Shown: in pieces, positions 26,472 through 34,963 of the stretch
Layout of the letters: every line of letters starts with the position of its first letter
Numbering within the stretch: position 1 is the first letter of the stretch
Origin: a bacterium
GTDB taxonomy: Bacteria > Patescibacteriota > Microgenomatia > Woykebacterales > RBG-16-39-9b
Direction: 5' to 3'
Length of the DNA stretch: 34,963 nt
Assembly: GCA_030690175.1 (NCBI GenBank)
Contig: JAUYHE010000053.1
Location: 1-34,963, forward strand
Position numbers and translations under genes: made by a program
The notes under the pieces: model-generated
Databases searched by the model: none
Told to the model about the DNA's origin: nothing
Seen by the model: only the letters and a program-made list of their open reading frames with translations

Positions 26472-27713
26472 ATGAATTTAGATAATTTACCCCAAAATTC
26501 TGGTGTTTATATCTTCAAAGATTCGAAAAACAAGCCAATATATGTTGGTAAAGCGCTGAACATAAGAAAAAGAGTGAAGGGCCATTTTAGCCCGAAGACA
26601 GGTACTCCAAAAGGGAATTTGCTGCTCGAAAAAATAGACGCAGTGGAGTCAATTAGGATTGATTCCGAGATTGAGGCCCTTATTTTGGAAGCTAATTTGA
26701 TAAAAAAATACAAACCACACTTCAATTCGCAATTAAAGGATGACAAAGATTATCTCTATATAAAAATTACCAGGGATCCATACCCGAAGGTTTTAGTGTC
26801 AAGAAAAAAAGATCTTAAAAACGCTAAACTTTTTTTTGGCCCATTTCCATCGGCAACAAAGGTAAGAACTACTTTGAAGATACTTCGAAAAATATTCCAA
26901 TTCACCAGCTGCAACCCTAACCGCAAAAGAGCGTGTCTATACTATCATCTCGGCTTATGTCCTGGTGTGTGTATCGGACTCATTAGCCAGAAAGAGTACC
27001 GAAAAAATATAAGGGGTGTAATTTATATGCTTGGGGGTAAACAGGGTAAACTACTAGATGTTTTGGAAAAAGAAGTAAGGAGATTCGCCCGAAATTTAGA
27101 ATTTGAAAAAGCCCAGATGGGCCAGCAAAAAATTGAAGCTTTGCATTACGTTACCCAACCGATACGAATTTTGGAACATCCAGAAGTGGACCGCGAGGAA
27201 TTGAGGCAACGAGAAATTACCGAGCTAGCTAGGATCTTGGATCTTCCTCAAAGGCCGGCTAGAATCGAGTGTTACGATATTTCTAATTTTTCTGGCAAAC
27301 AGGCAACCGGTTCACTGGTCGTATTCACCAATGGGTTTGCGGATCGCAGTCAGTACAGACGGTTTAAAATTAAATTTGTAGAGGGCCCTAATGATACGGC
27401 GATGATTTCAGAGATACTTGAGAGAAGGTTTAAAAACGACTGGGGACATCCAGACCTTGTTTTAATTGACGGGGGTAAGGGACAACTAAACGCGGCTTTA
27501 AAAGTGGTCGCCAGCTTTAATTTGTCATTGCCCGTTATTTCCTTAGCAAAAAGGCTAGAGGAAATTTATTGGGCCGATAAAACAGAACCGCTACGTTTGC
27601 CAAGAGAAAGTAGTGCTTTGAAGCTATTGCAGCGGATCCGAGATGAGGCGCACCGTTTTGCCATAACTTATCACCGTAAATTAAGAAGCAAGCAGTTTTT
27701 GACCGGGGCGTAG
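26472..27713 (+). CDS. uvrC: excinuclease ABC subunit C, short form lacking the C-terminal (HhH)2 domain
   Basis: GIY-YIG (GVYIFKD...PIYVGKA), Cys-rich segment, UVR motif (LEFEKAQ) and endonuclease domain (IECYDISN...DEAHRFAI). Ends at 413 aa. Confidence 0.9.
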   Translation: MNLDNLPQNSGVYIFKDSKNKPIYVGKALNIRKRVKGHFSPKTGTPKGNLLLEKIDAVESIRIDSEIEALILEANLIKKYKPHFNSQLKDDKDYLYIKITRDPYPKVLVSRKKDLKNAKLFFGPFPSATKVRTTLKILRKIFQFTSCNPNRKRACLYYHLGLCPGVCIGLISQKEYRKNIRGVIYMLGGKQGKLLDVLEKEVRRFARNLEFEKAQMGQQKIEALHYVTQPIRILEHPEVDREELRQREITELARILDLPQRPARIECYDISNFSGKQATGSLVVFTNGFADRSQYRRFKIKFVEGPNDTAMISEILERRFKNDWGHPDLVLIDGGKGQLNAALKVVASFNLSLPVISLAKRLEEIYWADKTEPLRLPRESSALKLLQRIRDEAHRFAITYHRKLRSKQFLTGA

Positions 27714-27735
27714 CCGTTTGTTATCCTGTTTGTAA

Positions 27736-28134
27736 ATGCGAAAAAAATTACGCACAATCCTTTTTTCCGCTGGGGCCTTTGTCATCGTTTGTAGTTTTTA
27801 TCCCGGTTTCTCCTTTAATAATGTAAATACGCTACTGCTAGCCGCCCTTTTCTTCTCCATTTTTTATCTTGTAGTTCGCCCTATATTAAAAATATTGTCA
27901 CTACCTTTAAATTTAATTACCTTTGGAATTTTCGGTCTACTTGCCAATGCGATTATCTTTTATTTGGTAGACACGTTTATTCCCGGTTTTGAAATTCGAT
28001 CTTTTTATTATGAGGGTGGAGGACTGCTAAGTTTATCGCTTCCGTCACTTTACCTAAATATGTTTTTCAGTACTGTGATTGGATCATTATTAACCAGCCT
28101 ATTGACCAGTATCTTCTTTTGGATCTTCATCTAG
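27736..28134 (+). CDS. DUF360 / holin-superfamily-IV-like membrane protein
   Basis: 4-TM 132-aa protein with VVRPILKILSLPLNLITFGIFGLLANAIIFYLV, typical of this family. Confidence 0.6.
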   Translation: MRKKLRTILFSAGAFVIVCSFYPGFSFNNVNTLLLAALFFSIFYLVVRPILKILSLPLNLITFGIFGLLANAIIFYLVDTFIPGFEIRSFYYEGGGLLSLSLPSLYLNMFFSTVIGSLLTSLLTSIFFWIFI

Positions 28135-28143
28135 ATCCAGACT

Positions 28144-28172
28144 TTACGTTTTCTTTAGAACTGTGTTAGAAT
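28144..28172 (+). promoter_or_regulatory. candidate secG promoter TTACGT-17-TAGAAT, near-leaderless
   Basis: The -10 is at 28167-72 and the ATG at 28183, with no SD. Confidence 0.3.
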
Positions 28173-28182
28173 TCTACTCTCC

Positions 28183-28410
28183 ATGAGAACACTTGTCTTG
28201 CTAATACTTATTCTAGTTTCAGTTGCCTTAATGGTGCTGATATTGCTTCAACAGCGAGGTGGTGGCGCTGGTAGTGTGTTTGGCGCCGGTGGAGGTGGTG
28301 GAGAAGTTTATCGAACGCGTCGAGGTATGGAAAAGGCCCTTCATTACTTGACGATTGGGTTGGCTATTATCTTTTCTACCGTGTCTGTCGCCTTAATATT
28401 TATCAAATAA
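28183..28410 (+). CDS. secG: preprotein translocase subunit SecG
   Basis: 75 aa and two TM segments, with LLQQRGGGAGSVFGAGGGG, the Gly-rich loop typical of SecG. Confidence 0.8.
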   Translation: MRTLVLLILILVSVALMVLILLQQRGGGAGSVFGAGGGGGEVYRTRRGMEKALHYLTIGLAIIFSTVSVALIFIK

Positions 28411-28434
28411 ACCTTGCTCAGCTGCCGTGTTGCG

Positions 28435-30033
28435 ATGATTAAAAGGCTAAGATTTTATCTGGCTTTAATTTCAGCTATTCTCAAAAAAGATAAGCGTAAA
28501 ATCTCATTTGGCCTTATTACTGCATTGCTGTTACTGTTTATTTTGAAGGTTATTTTGCCGGTCATCGCGCCTCAAGCAGTTTCCACTTACAAAGAATTTC
28601 GCAAACCCACGTTTGTAGAAGGGGCGGTGGGAAAGCCAGTTCACCCTAACCCGCTTTTTGATAAAAGTGAAACCCAAAAAGAAATTAGTCAATTGGTTTT
28701 CCGCAGTTTAATAAGTGTAGATAAAAAAGGAAACCTAGTTGGCGACCTGGCAAAAAATTTCAAGAAAATCTCGGAAACAGAATACATCTTTTATTTGAAA
28801 AAAAATATATTTTGGCACGACGGAGTCAGATTTACTAGCGATGATGTGCTTTATACTGTGAAAATAGCTCAAGACCCAAGATATGAAAGTGTGGTGTCTT
28901 CTAATTTTAAAGACGTAGCCGTAGAAAAGTTAGATGATTACACGATCAAATTTAAGTTACGTGAGCCTTTTGCACCATTTCCGTTTGCGACAACGGTAGG
29001 TATTATTCCCAAACACGTACCTCTAAAAAAATATAAACCAATAGGTACCGGTTCCTTTAGGGTAAAGTCGATTACAAAAGAAAGAATAGTTCTCGCCAGC
29101 AAAAAATTGAATGTAATTTTTAGGTTTTATATGAATTTTAAAGACGCAAAGATAGCCTTGAAACTTGGTGAAATTCACGCTTTGGGTGGTTTTACTCCAC
29201 AGGAAGTTTCCGAAATAAAAAAATTTGGAAACAAAAATATTTATCAACATGTATTACCCTATCGTCAGGCCATCATATTTTTTAATACGCGAGCGGACCC
29301 TTTAAAGTCCAAAGAAGTAAGGCAAGCCCTTACTTATTCGATAAATAAAGTTTCAATTGCGCAGTTAGCTGGTGGAGAAGCGGCAGTAATTTCGGGGAAC
29401 CAACTACCCCTTATTAGTTGGGTCACAGGTACAAAAAAGGATCGCTACGAATTAAACTTAGAAGAAGCGAAAAAATTACTAAAGAGGGTCGGGTTTGAAT
29501 TTACCAAAGATTCTTGGCAAAAAAAGGACAAAAAGCTAGCGGTTACAATTATTTCTGCTGATGATCCAGAGCTAAACACGATCGTAAATATGTTGAAAGA
29601 GTCTTGGACAGGGCTTGGACTTGTAGTCAAGTCTAAGACGCAAGATGTGGAATCTCTCCACAAGGAAATAATACCCAATCGAAGCTTTCAGATTTTGGTA
29701 GATTTTCAAGAAATTCCACCAGATCCAGATCAATACGTTCTTTGGCACACTACTCAAGTACGTGAAACAAATATTACTGGGATTAGTAGCGCGAACCTAG
29801 ATAAACTGCTTGAAGACGCAAGAAAAGTGGACGATGTGAAAAAAAGAGGCGAAAGCTACAACTTATTTACTACTCTTCTGGCTGATGAGGCACCGGCTGT
29901 CTTTCTTTACTATCCGCAATATATCTGGTTTGTATCCAAAAAAGTACACGGCGTAGATCTGACCAACTTTACTACTCCCTTTGACAGATTTGCATCTTAC
30001 AAAAAATGGCGCATTGATAAGGGATATTTTTGA
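28435..30033 (+). CDS. ABC-type solute-binding protein, family 5 (peptide/nickel type), membrane-anchored
   Basis: WHDGVRFTSDDVLYT and overall SBP_bac_5 pattern. The ATG at 28435 is preferred over the TTG at 28414. No permease or ATPase genes are adjacent. Confidence 0.8.
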   Translation: MIKRLRFYLALISAILKKDKRKISFGLITALLLLFILKVILPVIAPQAVSTYKEFRKPTFVEGAVGKPVHPNPLFDKSETQKEISQLVFRSLISVDKKGNLVGDLAKNFKKISETEYIFYLKKNIFWHDGVRFTSDDVLYTVKIAQDPRYESVVSSNFKDVAVEKLDDYTIKFKLREPFAPFPFATTVGIIPKHVPLKKYKPIGTGSFRVKSITKERIVLASKKLNVIFRFYMNFKDAKIALKLGEIHALGGFTPQEVSEIKKFGNKNIYQHVLPYRQAIIFFNTRADPLKSKEVRQALTYSINKVSIAQLAGGEAAVISGNQLPLISWVTGTKKDRYELNLEEAKKLLKRVGFEFTKDSWQKKDKKLAVTIISADDPELNTIVNMLKESWTGLGLVVKSKTQDVESLHKEIIPNRSFQILVDFQEIPPDPDQYVLWHTTQVRETNITGISSANLDKLLEDARKVDDVKKRGESYNLFTTLLADEAPAVFLYYPQYIWFVSKKVHGVDLTNFTTPFDRFASYKKWRIDKGYF

Positions 30034-30305
30034 TGCTTGATAACCTTCGGCGAAAAATTTATAAACAAGATCAAAGACTACTCCAAATTTTGTCGGGGCG
30101 AATAAAACTAGTGGAAAAAATAGGCAAGATTAAATCAGAGAAAAAAGTATTCGTAGAGGACAGAAAACGGGAAAAGCAGATTTATGATTATGTATCAGAT
30201 AAATCTAAGGAATTAGGGTTGGATACAAAATTTGTTAAAAACGTTTTTAAACTAATTTTAGCCGAATCGAAAAGGTTGCAAAAATTGCAACGAAAACCCA
30301 AATAA
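30030..30305 (+). CDS. AroQ-class chorismate mutase
   Basis: 91 aa, all-helical, with the LRRKIYKQDQRLLQILSGRIKLVEKIGKIK...DRKREKQI pattern. 4-nt overlap with the upstream gene. Confidence 0.75.
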   Translation: MMLDNLRRKIYKQDQRLLQILSGRIKLVEKIGKIKSEKKVFVEDRKREKQIYDYVSDKSKELGLDTKFVKNVFKLILAESKRLQKLQRKPK

Positions 30306-30416
30306 ATGGTGAACCTTCGTTTAATGCTAACGGATGAAATTATAGATCAATTAGTCGAAACTTTCAAAGGGTGGGGTACAGTTTTCAAGGCCTATCCATT
30401 TGTTAATAAGCTCGGG

Positions 30417-31031
30417 TTACAATAAAGTTAATAATAGTGCTCCAGTAGCTGGAAGTGCTAGGTTATCAAACCCATACCCAAGTACAAGTTCTACGAAGGT
30501 AAGAACTAGGGGTATAAGAATTAATGGTAAACCAAACACAGGGGAAAAAATGAATGTTATAACTAAAGCACTTAGAAAAAAGGACAATGAACCCTCAACA
30601 CTCTTTCTATTTCCTAAAATTTTGAAGTTGTGTCTACCAAATCGTTCTCCAATAAGACTAGCAAGTGGATCAGATATTCCCATAACCAAAACTCCAAATT
30701 GAAATTCCCTTACTCCATGAGATAAGAAAACTATTGCTGAAAGGGCTTCTCCAAGAGGTAGGAAAACAGCCCCGTAAGTTTTTCGTTTAACATCATGAAT
30801 TGACGAGAAAAGATTAGAACTTCGACCAGCAAATAACAAACCTGCGAAGAACAAACACGATACTACAATTACGATGGGACTTAAAAATAAAGGTGAGGCG
30901 GCCGCAATAAGGGCTGCTCCAACATGAGTTGCTTTTCTAGTTATATCAGCTGAGAGCTTAAATTGCCTTTTAGCAACTTCAATACTTCCAAGAAGAGCAA
31001 AAGACAAAAACAAAAATATAGCTAAATTCAT
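30417..31031 (-). CDS. CTP-dependent polyprenol (dolichol/phytol) kinase-like membrane protein
   Basis: RKATHVG and ISDPLASLIGERFGRH...KSVEGSLSFF motifs of the CTP-transferase-1/dolichol kinase superfamily. Confidence 0.55.
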   Translation of the reverse strand: MNLAIFLFLSFALLGSIEVAKRQFKLSADITRKATHVGAALIAAASPLFLSPIVIVVSCLFFAGLLFAGRSSNLFSSIHDVKRKTYGAVFLPLGEALSAIVFLSHGVREFQFGVLVMGISDPLASLIGERFGRHNFKILGNRKSVEGSLSFFLSALVITFIFSPVFGLPLILIPLVLTFVELVLGYGFDNLALPATGALLLTLL

Positions 31032-31037
31032 TTGTTT

Positions 31038-32039
31038 TTATATTTTATACTCAAACGCTGCATAGCGTCTAAAGATAACAGCATCGTCTTTAGGAAAATT
31101 GCTAACTTGATTTCCCTCTCGAATTAGAGCATAGATTACTTTCGTAATCCCTACGTCTTTAGCGTCCATATGAACTTTGAATGCCAGAGCATTACCCAAA
31201 CCTTTCCCCTGATATTCTGGCAAAAGGGCTATTGTCTTACAAATAATTGTAGTTTTGTCTTCACTCACAGTGCTGCAATACCCGACAATATCCTTATCTC
31301 TGTACAATAAATAAAGTTTGTTTAGGTGAGCATCTAATTTTTCAGTAGTATAAAGCTTTAGGAACTCTCTATCAGTCAATTCTGTATATCCCCAATTGTT
31401 CTGAAAAACTGTTTTCGAAAGATCTGCTATTATCTTCAAGTCTCCAGCTTCTATATTTTTTGCCTCTTTAATTTCGAAACCAAACGCCTTAAGTTTTTCG
31501 TTACCCTCCTGTATTTTTTGCAAGACTAAATCAAATTTTTCTCTATAGGCGGAGTAATATTGTATCTCCAGGTTAGGCTTTACCAACTTTAGGAAATCAT
31601 AGTAATAAGTCAGTGCGGAGAGTTCTGATTTAAAGAAGTCAGACCCATCAGTTTCCTTAATACAACGATATTGGTGCCAAATACTCCCATTTACCGGACC
31701 TTTGAGAGTGCTAATACCCAAGCTTCGAGCTTTATCTATTAATGCTTCCCAAACCATTTGAAAGCTCGAAACATCCTTCGGAATTTCTAGGAACCCAAAA
31801 AAAGCTTCACCCTTTGGCAACCTTTTATCAATTATTAAAGCAATATGAGCATTTAACTCTCCTTCGTGGCCGACAAACGGATAAAAATAAACATTCTCAT
31901 TATCAACACAAAAATCGAAGGCTTTTACAAAGTCGCTCAAAAGCAAATCAAAGTTCTTCATCTCCCCGTACTTTTGACGTAAGAGATTAACTAGTTCATC
32001 AGAAGGTTTTTTAATCGGTTTGTACTCTTTTAATTGCAT
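31038..32039 (-). CDS. GNAT-family acyltransferase with N-terminal extension
   Basis: C-terminal IVGYCS...LLPEYQGKGLGNALAFKV is a GNAT acetyl-CoA motif. The N-terminal half was not recognised. Confidence 0.6.
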   Translation of the reverse strand: MQLKEYKPIKKPSDELVNLLRQKYGEMKNFDLLLSDFVKAFDFCVDNENVYFYPFVGHEGELNAHIALIIDKRLPKGEAFFGFLEIPKDVSSFQMVWEALIDKARSLGISTLKGPVNGSIWHQYRCIKETDGSDFFKSELSALTYYYDFLKLVKPNLEIQYYSAYREKFDLVLQKIQEGNEKLKAFGFEIKEAKNIEAGDLKIIADLSKTVFQNNWGYTELTDREFLKLYTTEKLDAHLNKLYLLYRDKDIVGYCSTVSEDKTTIICKTIALLPEYQGKGLGNALAFKVHMDAKDVGITKVIYALIREGNQVSNFPKDDAVIFRRYAAFEYKI

Positions 32040-32042
32040 GAT

Positions 32043-34325
32043 TTATATTATCTGTACAATTCCATTAGTCCCATCAATTTCCACAATCTGACCATCGCTT
32101 AGCGATTGTACTGCGTTCTCAGCACCAATTACAGCTGGGATCCCAAGTTCCCTTGCAACTATTGAAGCGTGTGACAACACACCTCCATGCTCTATAATAA
32201 GGCCCTTTGATAACGCAATTAGCGAAGTCCAACCAGGATCAGTGTGAGATGTTACCAATATATCAAAATCAATTTCCTTCGGCATAGAAAACTCCTTGAA
32301 TACCTTCACTCTACCTTTCACGACACCACTTGATGCGGGATGAGCGTAAATAGTTTTAACCTGCAGTTTTTTGCTTGAGATGACTGGAGGCTCTTGTTTG
32401 CCTACAGTTGCAAAGTGGGTTGGTGGAGTAACAGTATTGTAGAATTCATAGTCTATTTTTCTTTTTTGAATCGTTTTATTAATATCTTTGTTGCTTAGTG
32501 TTTCGAGATTCATCAACTCGCTCAAACGAAGATAAAAAACATCCTCAATATTTTTGAGTACTTCCCTCTCTAAAAGCAAAGCTCCCATATGTCTAAATAA
32601 ACCTCTTGTCATACCAAATGCATTTGATCGTAAGAGTCTGAACTCTTCTCGTTGCGAAGAGTATTTTTTAAATCTGGACAAAACAATTCCTACGAGAAGT
32701 TTCTTTTGTAGGGTTAGTTTTAGTGGTTTCTCCTTCCCATATTCTTTTGAGTTATAATTTGAATAAACTCTTAACACAGAAAACAGCTTAGTTTTATCCT
32801 CATCGACACCTATTGATTCGAGCTTTAGTTCATTTGCAAATCTTCCGCCAAAAGTTAAAAGATAAGCATCTAAATTTTTCTTAATCGCATTTTTTTTCAC
32901 TAGTTCTTTATCAAACTGATCTACATCATTTTCTTCAACTGCCTTCCAAAGCGGTTTAATTTTTTCCATCTCTTTACTCAAGAGTGCTAAAGCTCTCACC
33001 TGGTCAGTTGCTTTACTGGGGAATATTATTACATCTCGAAGCAGCTTTTCTCCCAAAAGCTTTTTTAAAAAGCCTAAATAAGTCATTACCAAAAAATCAT
33101 TCTCTGCAGCTACATACCATTTACGAAGCAAATTATTATTTATCTCGCCAAACAAATTTATGCTGTCTTCGTAATTTAGGTGGGAAAAATCTTTCTCCCG
33201 TAGTTTTCTTAATTCTTCTTGAACTGCGGTTTTAAATCTCTGGGAAGTGGAACCAAAAGAGATTAACTTTGTTACCAAGATTAAAGGGTAGAAAGCCCTT
33301 AGCAAAAATGAAGGTTTGATTGAGGTTGTGATGCTCTGTTTAACATTACTAGTAATCATTAGCTCGAAGTTTTCCTTGTTTCTCTGATACCCAGGTAGGA
33401 AAGCTGCCATAAGATACCAATTGTTCATGTTGTAGTACATTCTTCCATAGAAAAACCCGAGTAGGTTCTTAAATATTTCAGAATGTTGTTCTATTTTTTG
33501 CTCTGGCACTCCCGAATTCTTAAGTAAATCCTTATAAACCTGTTCATAAATCATTTGGGCAAAAGAACAAGTGAGTGGTAGTACAATCCCTGAATAGCTT
33601 TCAGCAATATTGGCGCTGTCAAAATACTCTTGACCTGTATTTTTAACCGCAAAGTCTTTAGTAATGGGACGAGACTGCAACAAATACAACTTACCGGCTT
33701 TGAAACACCACTCTATATCCCGAGGTGCTCCAAAGAATTCTTGGATTTTCTTCCCAAGATTTGCTAGTTCTTGAACCTCTTTCTGAGTCAGTGATTCTGC
33801 ACTACTAACTCCTGAAATGATTTTGTTCCCATCAAAAGTATTGATTTCTTTGTTTTTTGAAACTGTTTTACTAATTATCTGACCGTTTTTATCGCAAATA
33901 TATTCGTCGCAAGCTTTACCAGTAACTACTGACAGACACAGACCAATACTTGCGTTTATAACTATCCTGTCATTGTCAACTTCGGTAAACAACACTCCTG
34001 CTTTATCGCTTGGGATGAACTCTTGAATTATTACCGCACCTCCGATATTACCCAATGATTTTTTTACTTTTAAAAATTCTGAGTAAACATTTTTCCTTGT
34101 AACCCCCACGCCTGAATAAAAATGGCCAGCAAAAGATTTTTCAGCGGTATCTTCGTTTAGAGATGAGGAACGTACCGCAAAATGACTAACTTCAGGAAGT
34201 TTCTGCTCCAACTCTGAAAGGATTTTTTGCTCGGAACTAGTTGTATCGCACACAAAAAAAGGAGGGACCAAAAATCCTGCTTTTTGTAGTTTTATTAACG
34301 ATTCTGCTTTGCCGCCACTGCTCAT
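32043..34325 (-). CDS. PEP-utilising phosphotransferase with rifampin-phosphotransferase-like architecture
   Basis: N-terminal PPDK_N ATP-grasp (RSSSLNEDT...FAG, DIEWCF...LLQSRPIT), a roughly 430-aa central domain, and a C-terminal swivel His domain (TSHTDPGW...GGVLSHASIVARELGIPAVIG). Confidence 0.8.
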   Translation of the reverse strand: MSSGGKAESLIKLQKAGFLVPPFFVCDTTSSEQKILSELEQKLPEVSHFAVRSSSLNEDTAEKSFAGHFYSGVGVTRKNVYSEFLKVKKSLGNIGGAVIIQEFIPSDKAGVLFTEVDNDRIVINASIGLCLSVVTGKACDEYICDKNGQIISKTVSKNKEINTFDGNKIISGVSSAESLTQKEVQELANLGKKIQEFFGAPRDIEWCFKAGKLYLLQSRPITKDFAVKNTGQEYFDSANIAESYSGIVLPLTCSFAQMIYEQVYKDLLKNSGVPEQKIEQHSEIFKNLLGFFYGRMYYNMNNWYLMAAFLPGYQRNKENFELMITSNVKQSITTSIKPSFLLRAFYPLILVTKLISFGSTSQRFKTAVQEELRKLREKDFSHLNYEDSINLFGEINNNLLRKWYVAAENDFLVMTYLGFLKKLLGEKLLRDVIIFPSKATDQVRALALLSKEMEKIKPLWKAVEENDVDQFDKELVKKNAIKKNLDAYLLTFGGRFANELKLESIGVDEDKTKLFSVLRVYSNYNSKEYGKEKPLKLTLQKKLLVGIVLSRFKKYSSQREEFRLLRSNAFGMTRGLFRHMGALLLEREVLKNIEDVFYLRLSELMNLETLSNKDINKTIQKRKIDYEFYNTVTPPTHFATVGKQEPPVISSKKLQVKTIYAHPASSGVVKGRVKVFKEFSMPKEIDFDILVTSHTDPGWTSLIALSKGLIIEHGGVLSHASIVARELGIPAVIGAENAVQSLSDGQIVEIDGTNGIVQII

Positions 34326-34347
34326 AAAATCTTTCTTTTACAATACG

Positions 34348-34963
34348 TCAATGGAACTTTAAGAAATAAATAGCCAGGTTTAAGCTTGAGTAGGTTAGAA
34401 CAAAGGATAGTTGCATGAGTTGATTGAACTGTAAAGTTTTTTTATTTTTATTTAGTAGTGCAAAAAACAATAGGATAATAAACACAACTAAGGACAAGAA
34501 AAACCAGAGACTTTGGTTGGGAGAGAAAAATGTTGCAATTCTAAAAAATAACAATAAATCAAAGAAGACCATAATAATGTAAAAAAAGATTGCTTTTTCA
34601 AAGCCCAGATACCAAGTATAAGTATCTTTCCCCGTACCATCGGTGCCAGGAATATATATTTTTCTTATGAATTCAAAAATTAAAGTGCCAGTAAAGGTGA
34701 AGATAAAGTGAAAGGTCACAAGATAGGTTAAAGGAAGTTTACCAGCGAAAATGATGTAAATAAGTATTTGTAGAAGCGCTGTTTGAATTAAGTTTATGAA
34801 GTTGTATAGAAAAAAATAACTACGCAGTTTTTCAGCTAGGAAAAACTCTTTTCTGGCTAAATAGGTGAAAGCAAGAATAAACAACCCAAAGACAAAAGCG
34901 CTCAATCCAAAAAACACTAGTAGCAAAATATAAAGACCAGTTACGAAAACATCTACCTTATCT
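34348..34963 (-). CDS. polytopic membrane protein, possibly UbiA-like prenyltransferase (N-terminus outside window)
   Basis: The frame stays open to the window edge, upstream of the TTG at 34926. It has multiple TM segments and a degenerate DGTGKDTYTWYLG loop resembling the second UbiA motif. Confidence 0.4.
   Translation of the reverse strand, partial: DKVDVFVTGLYILLLVFFGLSAFVFGLFILAFTYLARKEFFLAEKLRSYFFLYNFINLIQTALLQILIYIIFAGKLPLTYLVTFHFIFTFTGTLIFEFIRKIYIPGTDGTGKDTYTWYLGFEKAIFFYIIMVFFDLLLFFRIATFFSPNQSLWFFLSLVVFIILLFFALLNKNKKTLQFNQLMQLSFVLTYSSLNLAIYFLKFH

Overview
34.9-kb chromosomal window from a moderately AT-rich, small-genome bacterium. Gene content and shortened housekeeping proteins suggest a CPR/Patescibacteria-like organism, but that is inference only.

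Left third: a membrane/DoxX/DsbA disulfide module, then a complete minus-strand F1Fo ATP synthase operon (atpB-E-F-H-A-G-D-C). A beta-carbonic-anhydrase-like ORF sits in the position usually held by atpI. After that come eno-gpmI, rsmI, a DedA protein, an orphan receiver protein and an NRAMP transporter.

Middle: an unusually tight SOS/NER neighbourhood (lexA, uvrB, uvrA, uvrC within about 13 kb). It is interrupted by a cytoplasmic PAS histidine kinase, a receiver protein and a transglutaminase-like surface protein.

Right: a DUF360/holin-4-like protein, secG, an orphan family-5 solute-binding protein and an AroQ chorismate mutase. These are followed by a tight minus-strand four-gene operon: UbiA-like protein, rifampin-phosphotransferase-like PEP-dependent kinase, GNAT, polyprenol-kinase-like protein.

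The most interesting signal is two conspicuously GC-rich, ORF-poor islands that bracket uvrB.
- Island 1 (about 15183-15450) is a roughly 270-nt structured element or mini-ORF that ends in an intrinsic terminator just before uvrB.
- Island 2 (about 17514-18660, between uvrB and uvrA) carries a small winged-helix regulator. It also holds a roughly 575-nt minus-strand transcription unit with no credible ORF, bounded by a near-consensus promoter and a hairpin/U-tract terminator, and dense in helices.

I could not assign either island to a known RNA family by eye. No rRNA, tRNA, CRISPR array or transposase was seen.
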